Assembly (NCBI GenBank): GCA_051251725.1
Contig: JBPOFN010000018.1
Span: forward strand, 15,811-79,810
Length of the DNA: 64,000 nucleotides
Direction of reading: 5' to 3'
From: Thalassotalea sp.
Lineage (GTDB): Bacteria; Pseudomonadota; Gammaproteobacteria; Enterobacterales; Alteromonadaceae
Positions 1 to 10,314 of this stretch are shown here, in pieces. The position numbers were made by a program, and so were the translations under genes. The notes under the pieces were generated by a model, which saw only the letters and a list, made by a program, of their open reading frames with translations, was not told where the DNA came from and did not search any database. Each line of letters begins with the position of its first letter. The stretch's first letter is position 1.

Positions 1-843
1 TTTTATTGTACGTGGGGGCTGATAAAAACTGCCATTTTTGTATTGCTCTATATACAAGGGAAAGTTATCACTTCTTTCAATTTCACTCTCACTATAACTA
101 ACTATTAAACCAAGTTGAATAGCTTCTGATAATGGGTAACTTATCGAAAATTCTCCTTGGTTAGCATATACAGCGTTTAGTTTAATCTTACTTTCATCAT
201 AGGAAGATAAGAAGCTTATGGCTAAGGTAGGATTAAATGCTTGAGAGCGCCAAATTTTTAACTGCCAATTGAATTGAAAAATTTGCTTTACTTGCCAAGC
301 AAGCCCTAAGCCTACCATTGGTATGTGATACCTTTCTTTTAGCCCAGTGATATTGCCATTTGATAGAATATCTCGTTGGGTTCCTTGGTGTTTTATCACA
401 ATAAAAGCGTCTAGCTCACCACACCTTAAGCAGTTTAAACCTGAGAAATGGATAAGTTTATTGGCTACTAACAGTTGAATAATATCTTGCTTAATAACTG
501 TTGTGGTACTTGCTTTTCGACCTAGTTGGGTTGTTCCTATGTAACTAATTGCTCCTTTACTTTTATCCATAGAGGCTGTTATGCGCCAATTTTTACTCAA
601 AAAACTTATCTGATAATTAATGCCACTGACTGAGCCTTGTTCTTGGTTATATAGCTGCTGTTGCTCAGACTCTATATTCTTTATATTTTGGCTATAGGGG
701 GTTAGCGCAATTGAGTAGTGGCTTTTTTGCTCTTCGGCCATGGATGTTTCATGTAACGAAAGTATCAGCAGAAGATAAATAAAAAATTGGCAAACTCGCT
801 GAGCCGCCACATTTCTCAAATTGCCTCTAGGTAAAAATAGCAT
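1..843 (-). CDS. hypothetical secreted protein, partial (C-terminal part lies beyond the window start)
   Basis: Not in the supplied track because there is no stop inside the window. Hand translation of the minus strand from the ATG at 841..843 gives 281 codons with no stop down to position 1. The N-terminus MLFLPRGNLRNVAAQRVCQFFIYLLLILSLHETSMA resembles a Sec signal peptide. It starts 30 nt downstream of the lipoprotein gene 874..1893 on the same strand. No family recognised. Confidence 0.55.
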   Translation of the reverse strand, partial: MLFLPRGNLRNVAAQRVCQFFIYLLLILSLHETSMAEEQKSHYSIALTPYSQNIKNIESEQQQLYNQEQGSVSGINYQISFLSKNWRITASMDKSKGAISYIGTTQLGRKASTTTVIKQDIIQLLVANKLIHFSGLNCLRCGELDAFIVIKHQGTQRDILSNGNITGLKERYHIPMVGLGLAWQVKQIFQFNWQLKIWRSQAFNPTLAISFLSSYDESKIKLNAVYANQGEFSISYPLSEAIQLGLIVSYSESEIERSDNFPLYIEQYKNGSFYQPPRTIK

Positions 844-873
844 AGTACTAGGTTCGGTATGACTAAATGACAA

Positions 874-1893
874 TTAATTCAAGCTAGCCCAAGTTACTAC
901 TCGGGTGTCGTCAACCGTATTATTACCGTCAAAATCGGTGTCTAATTGCACGTCACTATTACTTAATATAGTTATTAATATTGAAGCGTTGGTCTTTGTA
1001 GTAATTTTTAAGCTACCGGATGAGGGGACATCACTTTGTTGATCATGAAATTGAATTTCTTCTATGCTAGTAATGGTATAAGAATCATCCCCTAAAAGAC
1101 TATGTAAATTGGAACTTGAAATCGTCATTGCTTCGACGTCGGTATTCTTCGTAAGTATTGTCTCAAGAGTCATGTTGGTGATCGCTTGCTGGAATGCTGA
1201 CGAGAATACAGTGATTAACGGCGCGGTTATTTTGATTGTCGATGAGTATAAATCTTGATTTATAACGATAGAATAAATACCTGCTATTGTTATGGCTTCT
1301 GTGTTACCGATGACTTGTACTTTTAAACTATCATACAAAATTATCAAGCCCAAGGTAGAATATTGCTGTAAATTTTTAAAATCAGTGGTCTTGGTAAATC
1401 TAACGGTAAATTCCCCGTTGATAGTAGTGGAGCCATTATTACAATTTGTCGCTTGGTATGAAAATGAATCGTTAGGTGTAATCGTCAAAGGGTCTTGTAA
1501 ATTGATTGTCATTTCTAGAGTGCCGCTTACATCGCAATCAAGTTGTTGAGTTGCTACCACGCCGGTAAAGCTATCTGGTTTGCTGATAGATATTTCAATT
1601 AAGTTAAGAACCCAATCGATATCATTAAGACTAAATTGAGGCTTCACTTGTTGCTCTGTTATTACGCCGGTGAAAGACTTAGACGTAACTAATGCTAAAT
1701 TGTTAAATACAGAGGATAAAGCCAGTTTAGTTGTTCTTTCAACATTATTGCTGTTGAGAGTGACGCCACTTGACGGAGTTCCTGATGCTTCTGGTAATAC
1801 TGGTTTTGCAGAGATGGTGTCAGAGCCTGAGCCACCACAACTACTAAGTAAAACGATTAATGCGAGGATTAAGATATTTTTATTCAATTTCAA
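874..1893 (-). CDS. lipoprotein of unknown function
   Basis: 339-aa ORF. The N-terminus MKLNKNILILALIVLLSSCGGSGS has a lipobox (LLSSC) and a Gly/Ser linker. No catalytic motif recognised. Confidence 0.7.
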   Translation of the reverse strand: MKLNKNILILALIVLLSSCGGSGSDTISAKPVLPEASGTPSSGVTLNSNNVERTTKLALSSVFNNLALVTSKSFTGVITEQQVKPQFSLNDIDWVLNLIEISISKPDSFTGVVATQQLDCDVSGTLEMTINLQDPLTITPNDSFSYQATNCNNGSTTINGEFTVRFTKTTDFKNLQQYSTLGLIILYDSLKVQVIGNTEAITIAGIYSIVINQDLYSSTIKITAPLITVFSSAFQQAITNMTLETILTKNTDVEAMTISSSNLHSLLGDDSYTITSIEEIQFHDQQSDVPSSGSLKITTKTNASILITILSNSDVQLDTDFDGNNTVDDTRVVTWASLN

Positions 1894-2118
1894 ACCAAAA
1901 TTCCTTATTGGTACTTTTATATGTAAAAGTTCATGTTATGGCAAGGGGAAATAATATGCCAGAATTACTTCTATCTTTGACACAATAAAATATACAATGA
2001 GAGGCTACCAATTCCTCATTAATAGCGTTTGGGATCTTGCTGGTAAACACAGTACAGTATAGAAATACACTAGTCGGTGTGAACATTTTTATATTAGCGT
2101 TAGTCTCAAAAGCAGGCG

Positions 2119-3075
2119 CTATTTCTTGAGCTTTTCAAGTGATTGCGCGGTCCACTCTTTAACGTTTTCTTTTCCTTTGAGGTAGCCTAGTCGGGAAAGG
2201 AAGCAGTCGGTTTTGGTGAGTACATCTTCAAATATTTTTTGCCCACCTTTACTGATGTGAAAAAATCCATGTTTTTGATTTTTATAAAGATGAGTCTGAC
2301 TGTCGTTACCAGCTTGCTCCATTTTCTTTTGAAATGCATTAATTGTGCTAACGGGAACATGTTTGTCTTTTGTCCCCAAAAAGATGATGCTTGGCGGAAG
2401 GTTCGAACGAATATTGTGCATAGGTGATATATCTTGCCAGTAAGCTTTTACGCGGTCATGTCCGTAGCCGTTAGGGCCGTTGTCATATACCGGATTAAAA
2501 AGTACTAGGGAGTTAGGAACGGCGGAAAGAGGAGAATTCGGCGTACTATCTATTTTTGCGCACATTACTGTGCAGGCTGCGACATGGCCACCTGCAGAGC
2601 CCCCAGCGGCTATGAAATTTTCTGGATTAATCCCTAGTTTTGCTGCGTGTTCTCGTAGGTAACGAATGGCAGCTTTACCGTCCTCGACACTCTCTTTGGG
2701 CGATGTGCCGTGACTGTTTTTAGTTCTATACTGGGCAGAGACAGCAACGATACCGCGGGAGGCGAAGTATTTACTGTAGCCATAGAATTGCTCAGTGTTA
2801 CCTGCATTCCAACCACCACCAAAAAAGAATACGATGACAGAGCGAGACTGGTTAGGATGATGACCTTCTGGAAAAAAAATATCAAGCTTGAGTGGACTGC
2901 CTATTTTCGGAGTCGAATATAGGATGGTTTTATCTGGCTTATAGCCTAGTGTCCACGGCGCTTTGATAATTTCATTTGCTGATAAATTGCCTAGAGTGAA
3001 CATACTTATCAGTACTATTAATAGCTTAATAAAACGAAAGTGGGTCGTTAGTGATATCATCAGTTTTTTATTCAT
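2119..3075 (-). CDS. secreted alpha/beta-hydrolase esterase (Abhydrolase_3 / BD-FAE-like; carbohydrate deacetylase candidate)
   Basis: 318 aa with a hydrophobic N-terminal signal. Oxyanion-hole-type block VIVFFFGGGW and nucleophile elbow AAGGSAGGH (G-x-S-x-G). Confidence 0.75.
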   Translation of the reverse strand: MNKKLMISLTTHFRFIKLLIVLISMFTLGNLSANEIIKAPWTLGYKPDKTILYSTPKIGSPLKLDIFFPEGHHPNQSRSVIVFFFGGGWNAGNTEQFYGYSKYFASRGIVAVSAQYRTKNSHGTSPKESVEDGKAAIRYLREHAAKLGINPENFIAAGGSAGGHVAACTVMCAKIDSTPNSPLSAVPNSLVLFNPVYDNGPNGYGHDRVKAYWQDISPMHNIRSNLPPSIIFLGTKDKHVPVSTINAFQKKMEQAGNDSQTHLYKNQKHGFFHISKGGQKIFEDVLTKTDCFLSRLGYLKGKENVKEWTAQSLEKLKK

Positions 3076-3379
3076 CTTTTTTTTTCTTTTTTTAGATGCT
3101 CAGTAATAGCTTTTATTTACTATTTTTTGGGCTTGTGTGATTTTAGTTTGGCCTGCAATTAAATGGTAAACACCTATTTAACCTGCTGTTTAATATGTAT
3201 AAATTAGTCAAAAAAATCGATTGGTCTGATCTATCCCAATATAAGTTTAAACAACAGCAAAACAGGTGTTTTTGAGCTTTAGCAACAAGTGGCAAGATAT
3301 TAAACACTTCGAATTATACTAGTGCTGTCGGCGAAGTTTCTTGTTTTGCCCCCTAGCTTTTGCAACATTTTAATATCGG

Positions 3380-3607
3380 TTAAATTTCAGCTTGAAAAGT
3401 GACAAAATCTGGCTCTGGTGGCCCCGTTCTAATGGGTTGCCCTTGCTGTTTTTTGTATTTAGAATGAAGAGCACCTGCAGCCTTTACCTCTTCTAAAGTT
3501 ATAGTATTTGGCTTAGCAACTAGCTGATTACTAAAGGTTAGCGCTAAAGGAAAAGTGATTAAAACCTTGCTTATTAATTTCATATAACGCTTCTTATTCA
3601 ATGCCAT
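3380..3607 (-). CDS. small secreted hypothetical protein
   Basis: 75-aa ORF with a signal-like stretch MKLISKVLITFPLALTFSNQLVA. It sits isolated in an intergenic region with no homology clue. Confidence 0.3.
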   Translation of the reverse strand: MALNKKRYMKLISKVLITFPLALTFSNQLVAKPNTITLEEVKAAGALHSKYKKQQGQPIRTGPPEPDFVTFQAEI

Positions 3608-3840
3608 CGCCTTACTTAGAAACCTCAGTTGGATTGGCTACCTAACATGAATGAAGGTGTTATATTTATTATTGTTATTAGCTTATTGTCGTGACATAGC
3701 TAAAGTGTTTCATTTAAATATCAAATATTACGAATATATTTATAATTTTATTTAAGGCTATTTTAATTATTCGATAGTTATAGACTTTTCATTAAAAGAT
3801 TTTTATTGTTTATTATAGGTAATAAAACACAGGTGTAAAG

Positions 3841-4851
3841 ATGAAAATATATGTCATGTTATTGGCTGTTTGTTCACTTCTAACGACAAGCAGTCTATTA
3901 GCCAATAATCAGTTTGATAAAGCAAAAGATCTCTTTATTGCGCAATTCGACAATCTTCCAGATTCTGATGATATGCACGCGCAAGCAGCGGTTGCTTCTA
4001 TGCTCGCTCATGCAGATTTTAAAGGCGTGAATTATTTTTGTGTCGCAGGCGCATGGGGCGCACAATCAGTACATGAACGGTATAAGTACAATAATTCTAA
4101 CTCACTATTTGCACTTGTTTTTGGCGAAGAAGCCAAGAAAGGCTTGGGTGAAGCTCAGTGGGAAAACGCTCGTTGGGTAGATGCCCATGCGCGCATGGTG
4201 TCAGGTCACAAAGATAAAATCGTTAATCCGCAATCACCAGAGCGAGTTGAACAATTAGACTTTGCCTCTGATGTTATCGCATTTAAAGCAAAACAAGCGT
4301 TAGAAAATGGTGGCCGTGTTTTTGTCATGGAAGCAGGTCAATCGGATATAACCGCTGATTGGATCCGCAAACTGCATGTCATGAACGTACCTAATGTAAA
4401 AACCCATGTCACCGTTGTGCAACACAGCATATTTAACGAACGCTTTACTTCTGGCCATCGATTTATCTTTGCTGACGATAAAGCCAAAGGTTTGAATGAC
4501 TGGGAATACGTCACCAACGGAAAAAACAATCAGTACATAAAAATTCCAGATGGAAACTCAACAGGAAAAGGCACGCCAGGCCACGGTACACCAGACTTTT
4601 CCCTTGAAGACACCGTGTTTCAACAGGAAGTACTAAGCGATAACAACCCTAACAAACATGTTCGCAAAATATGGTTAGAAACAAGACGATTAGTTGACCT
4701 ATCTCCTTATACTAATGGCCATATTCCCAAAGGCGGAACAGATTTCTCCGATGTAGTAGAGGCAATATGGATATTTGACTTATTAGAAGAAGTACAGGAT
4801 ATGCGCACTTTTTGGGATAAATATGTGGTTAACCAACCAACTGAAGGTTAA
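3841..4851 (+). CDS. secreted protein of unknown function
   Basis: 336 aa with a clear signal peptide MKIYVMLLAVCSLLTTSSLLA. The acidic block FDNLPDSDDMHAQAAV is only weakly reminiscent of the DxDxxxDD motif of nucleoside-hydrolase-like folds, which is not enough for a call. Confidence 0.6.
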   Translation: MKIYVMLLAVCSLLTTSSLLANNQFDKAKDLFIAQFDNLPDSDDMHAQAAVASMLAHADFKGVNYFCVAGAWGAQSVHERYKYNNSNSLFALVFGEEAKKGLGEAQWENARWVDAHARMVSGHKDKIVNPQSPERVEQLDFASDVIAFKAKQALENGGRVFVMEAGQSDITADWIRKLHVMNVPNVKTHVTVVQHSIFNERFTSGHRFIFADDKAKGLNDWEYVTNGKNNQYIKIPDGNSTGKGTPGHGTPDFSLEDTVFQQEVLSDNNPNKHVRKIWLETRRLVDLSPYTNGHIPKGGTDFSDVVEAIWIFDLLEEVQDMRTFWDKYVVNQPTEG

Positions 4852-4879
4852 GGACTGATAACCCTCCATTTCCATAAGA

Positions 4880-4916
4880 AACTGGGTAGCACGTCTATTT
4901 ACTGTGCTACCCAGTT
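4880..4916. terminator. hairpin between convergent genes (bidirectional terminator candidate)
   Basis: Perfect 13-bp stem aactgggtagcac / gtgctacccagtt with an 11-nt loop, between the stops of 3841..4851(+) and 5015..7414(-). The flanking T-runs are weak. Confidence 0.45.
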
Positions 4917-5014
4917 CAATACCTTTCTCCATTGCAACTCAAGGGCCTGTAAATACAGTGATTAAATCATCGATTAGCCATGTAGGTTTTGACGTTATTT
5001 CACTTGATAAAGGC

Positions 5015-7414
5015 TTATTGATAAATATAATTTTGTCCGATAATTGTGCTTTTATAGGTTACTAATTTGCCATCAGGTGATTTGATTGTCATCGGCTTGC
5101 CCAGTAATGAGGTTATTTCAGCTTTCACGAGTTTGTTATTTTTCCAATTAATTGATACCTCAAAGCCACCACGCGCACGTAAACCCGTTATTGAACCATT
5201 CGGCCATGCTGAGGGTAATGCGGGTAATAAATGTAATAATTGGTGCCCGTCTTTGGTTTTAATATGGCTTTGTAATAGCATTTCAGCAATGCCGGCGGTA
5301 ACGCCAAAGTTCCCGTCTATTTGAAACGGCGGATGCGCATCAAATAGGTTAGGGTATAAGCCACCTTTGCGTTGCCTTTTACCGGGTTGTACTTCAACAA
5401 TTTGCATCAGGTTATCTAAAATTAATTTAGCGTGGTCGCCATCAAGAAATCGGGCCCAAAAGTTGATTTTCCAACCCATGCTCCAACCTGTTGCTTCATC
5501 ACCACGGTAAATAAGCGATTGCTTAGCGGCTTGAAATAACTCAGGGGTGTCTTGCCAATTAATTTCTTCACCTGGATGAAAACCCCAAAGGTGTGACGCG
5601 TGTCGATGTTTGTTTTTAGGATCGTCTTGATCTTCAAGCCATTCTTGTAACTGGCCATGTTTGCCTATTTTATTTGGGGCGATCTTTGCTTTCATGTTTT
5701 GAAGTTGTTGACGTAATTCATTATCGGTTTCTAAAATTTCTGATGCCGATATAACATGGCTAAATAAATCACGGATGATTTGATGATCCATGGTTGGCCC
5801 CGCCACTAAACCACCTTGCTCAGGTGAGTTACTCGGCACGCTGATCAATAACCCTTGGTCATTACGTGGATCTTCAATGAGAAAATCAACAAAAAAAAGT
5901 GCCGCGTCTCGCATGATCGGGTAAGCACGGTTTAAAAAGGCTTTATCACCACCAAATTCATAATGCCACCACAAGTGCTGACTGAGCCAAGCACCGCCGG
6001 TTACCCAAATGCCATGATTGGCGTGGTTAATTGGCGCCGTTCCTCGCCATAAGTCAAAGTTGTGATGCACTAACCAACCACGGGCATTGTAATGATTTTT
6101 TGCGGTTCTTTTACCTGATACTGCCAGCTCAGCTATAGCATCAAACAGTGGCTCGTGACATTCCGCTAAGTTGGTTAATTCTGCCGGCCAGTAATTCATT
6201 TGCGTATTGATATTAACAGTGTAACGACTGCCCCATGGTGGGCTTAATTTGTCGTTCCAAATACCTTGTAAATTCGCTGGCTGACCGCCAGGTCGACTAC
6301 TCGAAATAAGTAAGTAACGCCCATATTGAAACAGCAATGCGACAAAACTATTGTCTTTCGATTTAGCGATATTTTTTAAACGTTGATCAATAGCTAATTG
6401 GTCATGCCCACCACCACCTAAGTCGATAGATACACGATGAAATAGGTTTTGATAATCGCTCACATGATCAGACTTTATCGCCTGCCAATTTTTTTTGGTA
6501 ATGTTAGCTAATGTTTGTCGGCTAATTTTTTCAGGTTCCCCACTAATATCTTGAAAGTTTTTATAGCTAGTAGCTGCCGATAAAATAAACGTAACCGCGT
6601 TAGCATGGGTAACAGAAATCGCTTCATTAGTCGTTTTTACAATGCCGCCGTCGGTGCGCACTTGTAATTTTGCGGCAAAGCTTAATGAGGTATCAAAACT
6701 AAGTTCAGGGTACTTTTTCTTATATTTAAACTCTTTGGGTAATTGTCCACTTAACGCTAATTGGTTGTTATTTTCAGCCACGATTTTACTATTTTCATGC
6801 GGTGAATTAAGCGCTGCAGTTAACGTTATACTGCTATTTTTATCAGCGCTAATACGTACAGCAATCACCTTATCAGGATAGCTCGCGATCACTTCACGGG
6901 TATAAGTAACGCCATCAATTTGATAAGTAGTGGTTGCCACCGCGTTATCAAGGTTTAAGCTACGTTGGTAATTAGTAGGGCTTTTATGCTCAGGAAACTT
7001 CAACACAAAATCGGCAAATGGCTGGAAAGGCATTTGAGTAATAGGCTCACTCATGAACTCTTTCATGGCTAAGTCTTCAGCCTCGGCGCGTTTATCGGTG
7101 AAAAGTAATTCACGAATAGTAGCTAAATGCTCTGATGCGCCAGCACGTGAATAATCATGTGGTTGACCAATATACAAGGTTGACTCATTAAACTGAATGC
7201 GATCTTCCAGCACACCACCAAATATCATAGCCCCTAACTTTCCATTACCAACAGGCAACGCTTCTGTCCACAGTGCTGCTGGCTGATTAAAGTGCATGGA
7301 TAATGTGTTATTTTCTTTAGTTTCTGACGGTGTCCCCGCAATTACTGCATTAGCAAACAGTACCCATATGACGACGGTAATCGTTTTAAAAAAGGAGATA
7401 TTTCTAATATGCAT
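5015..7414 (-). CDS. glycoside hydrolase family 95 alpha-L-fucosidase
   Basis: 799 aa with a signal peptide. GH95 hallmark blocks are present: [66 protein letters not shown]. Confidence 0.92.
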   Translation of the reverse strand: MHIRNISFFKTITVVIWVLFANAVIAGTPSETKENNTLSMHFNQPAALWTEALPVGNGKLGAMIFGGVLEDRIQFNESTLYIGQPHDYSRAGASEHLATIRELLFTDKRAEAEDLAMKEFMSEPITQMPFQPFADFVLKFPEHKSPTNYQRSLNLDNAVATTTYQIDGVTYTREVIASYPDKVIAVRISADKNSSITLTAALNSPHENSKIVAENNNQLALSGQLPKEFKYKKKYPELSFDTSLSFAAKLQVRTDGGIVKTTNEAISVTHANAVTFILSAATSYKNFQDISGEPEKISRQTLANITKKNWQAIKSDHVSDYQNLFHRVSIDLGGGGHDQLAIDQRLKNIAKSKDNSFVALLFQYGRYLLISSSRPGGQPANLQGIWNDKLSPPWGSRYTVNINTQMNYWPAELTNLAECHEPLFDAIAELAVSGKRTAKNHYNARGWLVHHNFDLWRGTAPINHANHGIWVTGGAWLSQHLWWHYEFGGDKAFLNRAYPIMRDAALFFVDFLIEDPRNDQGLLISVPSNSPEQGGLVAGPTMDHQIIRDLFSHVISASEILETDNELRQQLQNMKAKIAPNKIGKHGQLQEWLEDQDDPKNKHRHASHLWGFHPGEEINWQDTPELFQAAKQSLIYRGDEATGWSMGWKINFWARFLDGDHAKLILDNLMQIVEVQPGKRQRKGGLYPNLFDAHPPFQIDGNFGVTAGIAEMLLQSHIKTKDGHQLLHLLPALPSAWPNGSITGLRARGGFEVSINWKNNKLVKAEITSLLGKPMTIKSPDGKLVTYKSTIIGQNYIYQ

Positions 7415-7436
7415 AGTGTTTTCCGTTTTGTTATTT

Positions 7437-8993
7437 TTATGGCTTAAAATTGTCAGTACGAAATGGCTGGGCTGGTAACCTCGTTTTGTTTACTAGGTTA
7501 ACTTTTGGCGCACCTGTAAACGCGTAACGCACATATAAAGGTTGAGTTATTTCTTTATGTCGAAGCACAACCGTATTATTAACAATCTTAGCTTCGGCTT
7601 TGAGCCATTGCTGCTTGTCATTTGCCAACCAAAATTCAGCTGGTGCTTCACCATTAGTCGTAGTTAAACCTTCGTTATGTTCAAAATGTAGGATAATGCT
7701 ATTTTCAGAAGTAATGGCTTTTTTGAATACCGGCCCCTGTGCTGAAAAATTAAGCTGGGCAATATTCTGCGCCAACGTGTCGCGAGCGGCGAGTTGTGCA
7801 AGGCGCTGACCAATAGGTAACTTGTCACGCGGGTGAATATTCTTTGGATCACCAAGATCTATGGTATTTACTACAGATACATTATGTAGTTGTCCTACCG
7901 CAAGTTGTGATTCACGCATCCACGCCCAAGAGTGAGAAGTAGGGTGCTCGGCATCTTTTGTCGGTGATGTACTTAACAGTTCTCTATAACGGGGTAACAT
8001 TACAATCAAAAAATTCATGTTGTCGTTATGCCATTCTTCACGATAGCGCTTGACCCAAGCTTGTAGCGCTTCTTTATACTTCAACATCCCTGAGTTCATT
8101 TTATACCAAGGCTCAGGCATTAAGCCGAACATACTTTGCGTATTACGTTCGCCCTGATACCACACTAAGCCTCTTACCGTAAAAGGCGCGATCGGTTTCA
8201 TCATGGCATTAAAAAGTAAATTTGGCTGACGACGTAAGTAGACATCGTCTTTTCGTGACCATGGTAGAGGGCCAGACAATATTTTTTCAATGGTTTCAAT
8301 GCGCTGCGTGTCTTTATCAAAATCCTGCATGATAGTATTAAAATAAGGTAATTCGGCGGTTAAATCGCGCGGCATCCAAGCTTCTAGTGATGAACTGCCC
8401 CAAGCCGTTAAAATAATACCAATAGGTACATCAGCTCGTTGTTGTAAATAATAGGCAAAAGAGAATGCTACGGCACTGTCAGGGATCACTTCTTCCCAGC
8501 TACCTTGCATTGACGATTGCTCGGTGAAAGCGACGGTACGTTTAACGGTAAAACTACGAATATGTTTCGCTGAGGATTTAAGTGCTTCAACCTCCTTCAC
8601 CTTGTTTATCGTCAATTGCATATTTGACTGGCCAGCACAAATCCATACTTCACCAATTAAAATATCTTGCAAGGTAATGCTTTGAGCAGCACTTGATGAA
8701 ACCTTCATACTTTGCGGGGTGAAACTCGCGTTAAGTGCAGGTAACTGTAGTTTCCAGTCACCATTTTTATCGGTCGTTGTGGTTGCTTGTTGCTTAGCAA
8801 AAACGACGGTGATTTCGCTACCCGCTTGGGCTTTGCCCCATACAGAAATAGGTTGATCACGTTGCAATACCATATGATGCTGAAATATCGAAGAAAGCTG
8901 TAGCTTACTTTGCGATATGCTGTTTTCCTGTGCCAATACCGTATTGCATTGAATAATAAATATAATAAAAAACGAAATAAGCTTCATGAGCAA
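7437..8993 (-). CDS. SASA-family (sialate O-acetylesterase-like, DUF303) carbohydrate acetylesterase
   Basis: 518 aa with a signal peptide. Blocks [14 protein letters not shown] and [13 protein letters not shown] (catalytic-Ser GQSNM block). The stop is 22 nt from the GH95 start on the same strand, so a probable operon. Confidence 0.88.
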   Translation of the reverse strand: MLMKLISFFIIFIIQCNTVLAQENSISQSKLQLSSIFQHHMVLQRDQPISVWGKAQAGSEITVVFAKQQATTTTDKNGDWKLQLPALNASFTPQSMKVSSSAAQSITLQDILIGEVWICAGQSNMQLTINKVKEVEALKSSAKHIRSFTVKRTVAFTEQSSMQGSWEEVIPDSAVAFSFAYYLQQRADVPIGIILTAWGSSSLEAWMPRDLTAELPYFNTIMQDFDKDTQRIETIEKILSGPLPWSRKDDVYLRRQPNLLFNAMMKPIAPFTVRGLVWYQGERNTQSMFGLMPEPWYKMNSGMLKYKEALQAWVKRYREEWHNDNMNFLIVMLPRYRELLSTSPTKDAEHPTSHSWAWMRESQLAVGQLHNVSVVNTIDLGDPKNIHPRDKLPIGQRLAQLAARDTLAQNIAQLNFSAQGPVFKKAITSENSIILHFEHNEGLTTTNGEAPAEFWLANDKQQWLKAEAKIVNNTVVLRHKEITQPLYVRYAFTGAPKVNLVNKTRLPAQPFRTDNFKP

Positions 8994-9366
8994 ATTAATC
9001 CTTAATGAGTATCAATCTTTTTTTGAAAGTATTAAATCATGTATTTGATGCTAATCTTTCCTATCGAAATAAATTAAGATAGCGCTAACAGCTCATTTTT
9101 TACCAATATGTTTTTAAATTGTTTATATTGCTTAAGTTGTTTATTTATAAGTAATTATTATGGCATTTTGGTGTAGATGTAATGTTAGCGATAACGTATG
9201 TTTTTTGTTTTTGTCTGTATTTTGAAGATTATATATGGTGTTTTGTATATTTTCATTATAAAGTGTTATTTTAAATATAAAGTAACACTACGTTGACGTG
9301 GGTAGTTTGTTATTTAAATAACAGACCTTATGTTCTTGGTCTTATTGTAATTGAGAGTAAATATTT

Positions 9367-10248
9367 GTGAAAAATTATATGCTTAATATTTTTTTTGTCG
9401 TTTTTAGTTTATCAATGATCTCACTAGCTACAGCTGAAACTTCTTCATCTAAACCTTCTTACCCTGAAAATAATGAAGGATTTAAACCATTATTTAATGG
9501 TGAAAATTTTGACGGCTTATATTTAAAAATACGCAGTGGTGATGCTGAAATGGCGAAAAAAGTTTTTGCCATTGAAGATAAAATGATCCATGTGTTTAAT
9601 GATGAGTTCCCTCAAGAATATAAACTAGATACCGGTGAAAATGATACCCATGGTTTGTTTTATACCAAGAAAAAATACAGTAAGTATATTTTAAAATTTG
9701 AATACAAGTGGGGCACTAGAAAAGCGAATAACTTCAAACAATGGCAATATGATGCAGGTGTTTATTATCATGTAGTTAAAGATGATGTTTGGCCGGTCGG
9801 TATTGAATATCAACTTAGATACAATCATATCACTAAGCGTAATCACTCTGGCGATTTGATCCGTCCTAAAGGCGCTGATTATTTCTGGTTTCCTGATGGT
9901 AAAAATACCCTGGTTAACTCCAAATTTAATGGAACAGCGCATGGTCAATCGTTCTTACATCCAAATAAAGGTGGTAAAGAAACTAAAGTTGCAGGTTGGT
10001 TACATTTAGCAACCGAGACCGATAATTTTAATGCCTTAAACGATAAGTGGAACACTGTTGAAATTATTGTTATGGGGGAAGAATATGCCATTCACAAACT
10101 TAATGGTGATGTGATTAATATGGCGACTAATTTAAAACCTAGTGCCGGTGTCATTGGCTTTCAAGCGGAAACTGCAGAAATTTTTTATCGTAATATAAAT
10201 ATTAAGGAACTGGAAAACAGTATTCCTATGGAAAAATTCTTAAGGTAA
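9367..10248 (+). CDS. DUF1080 (3-keto-disaccharide hydrolase-like, ConA fold) secreted protein
   Basis: 293 aa with a signal peptide. Blocks FKPLFNGENFDGL, GIEYQL, WNTVEIIVMGEEYAIHKLNG and IGFQAETAEIFYRNINIKEL. The track start is GTG at 9367; the ATG at 9379 is an alternative. Confidence 0.85.
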   Translation: MKNYMLNIFFVVFSLSMISLATAETSSSKPSYPENNEGFKPLFNGENFDGLYLKIRSGDAEMAKKVFAIEDKMIHVFNDEFPQEYKLDTGENDTHGLFYTKKKYSKYILKFEYKWGTRKANNFKQWQYDAGVYYHVVKDDVWPVGIEYQLRYNHITKRNHSGDLIRPKGADYFWFPDGKNTLVNSKFNGTAHGQSFLHPNKGGKETKVAGWLHLATETDNFNALNDKWNTVEIIVMGEEYAIHKLNGDVINMATNLKPSAGVIGFQAETAEIFYRNINIKELENSIPMEKFLR

Positions 10249-10314
10249 CAATTCTTAAAGTGAAAATGCATCCGATATTGTGGTTGTAAGTACAAAATAA
10301 TAAAAAGGTAAATT

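Noticed and set aside
9236-9253. T/G-rich motif TGGTGTTT(T)GTATATTTT shared by the upstream regions of 9367 and 49728 (49534..49551), and the related TGTTTTTTGTTT at 9200 and 43125.
   Set aside because: A back-of-envelope estimate gives around 2 or more chance 16-mer matches in 64 kb at this base composition, and more for T-rich low-complexity DNA. This is not significant on its own.
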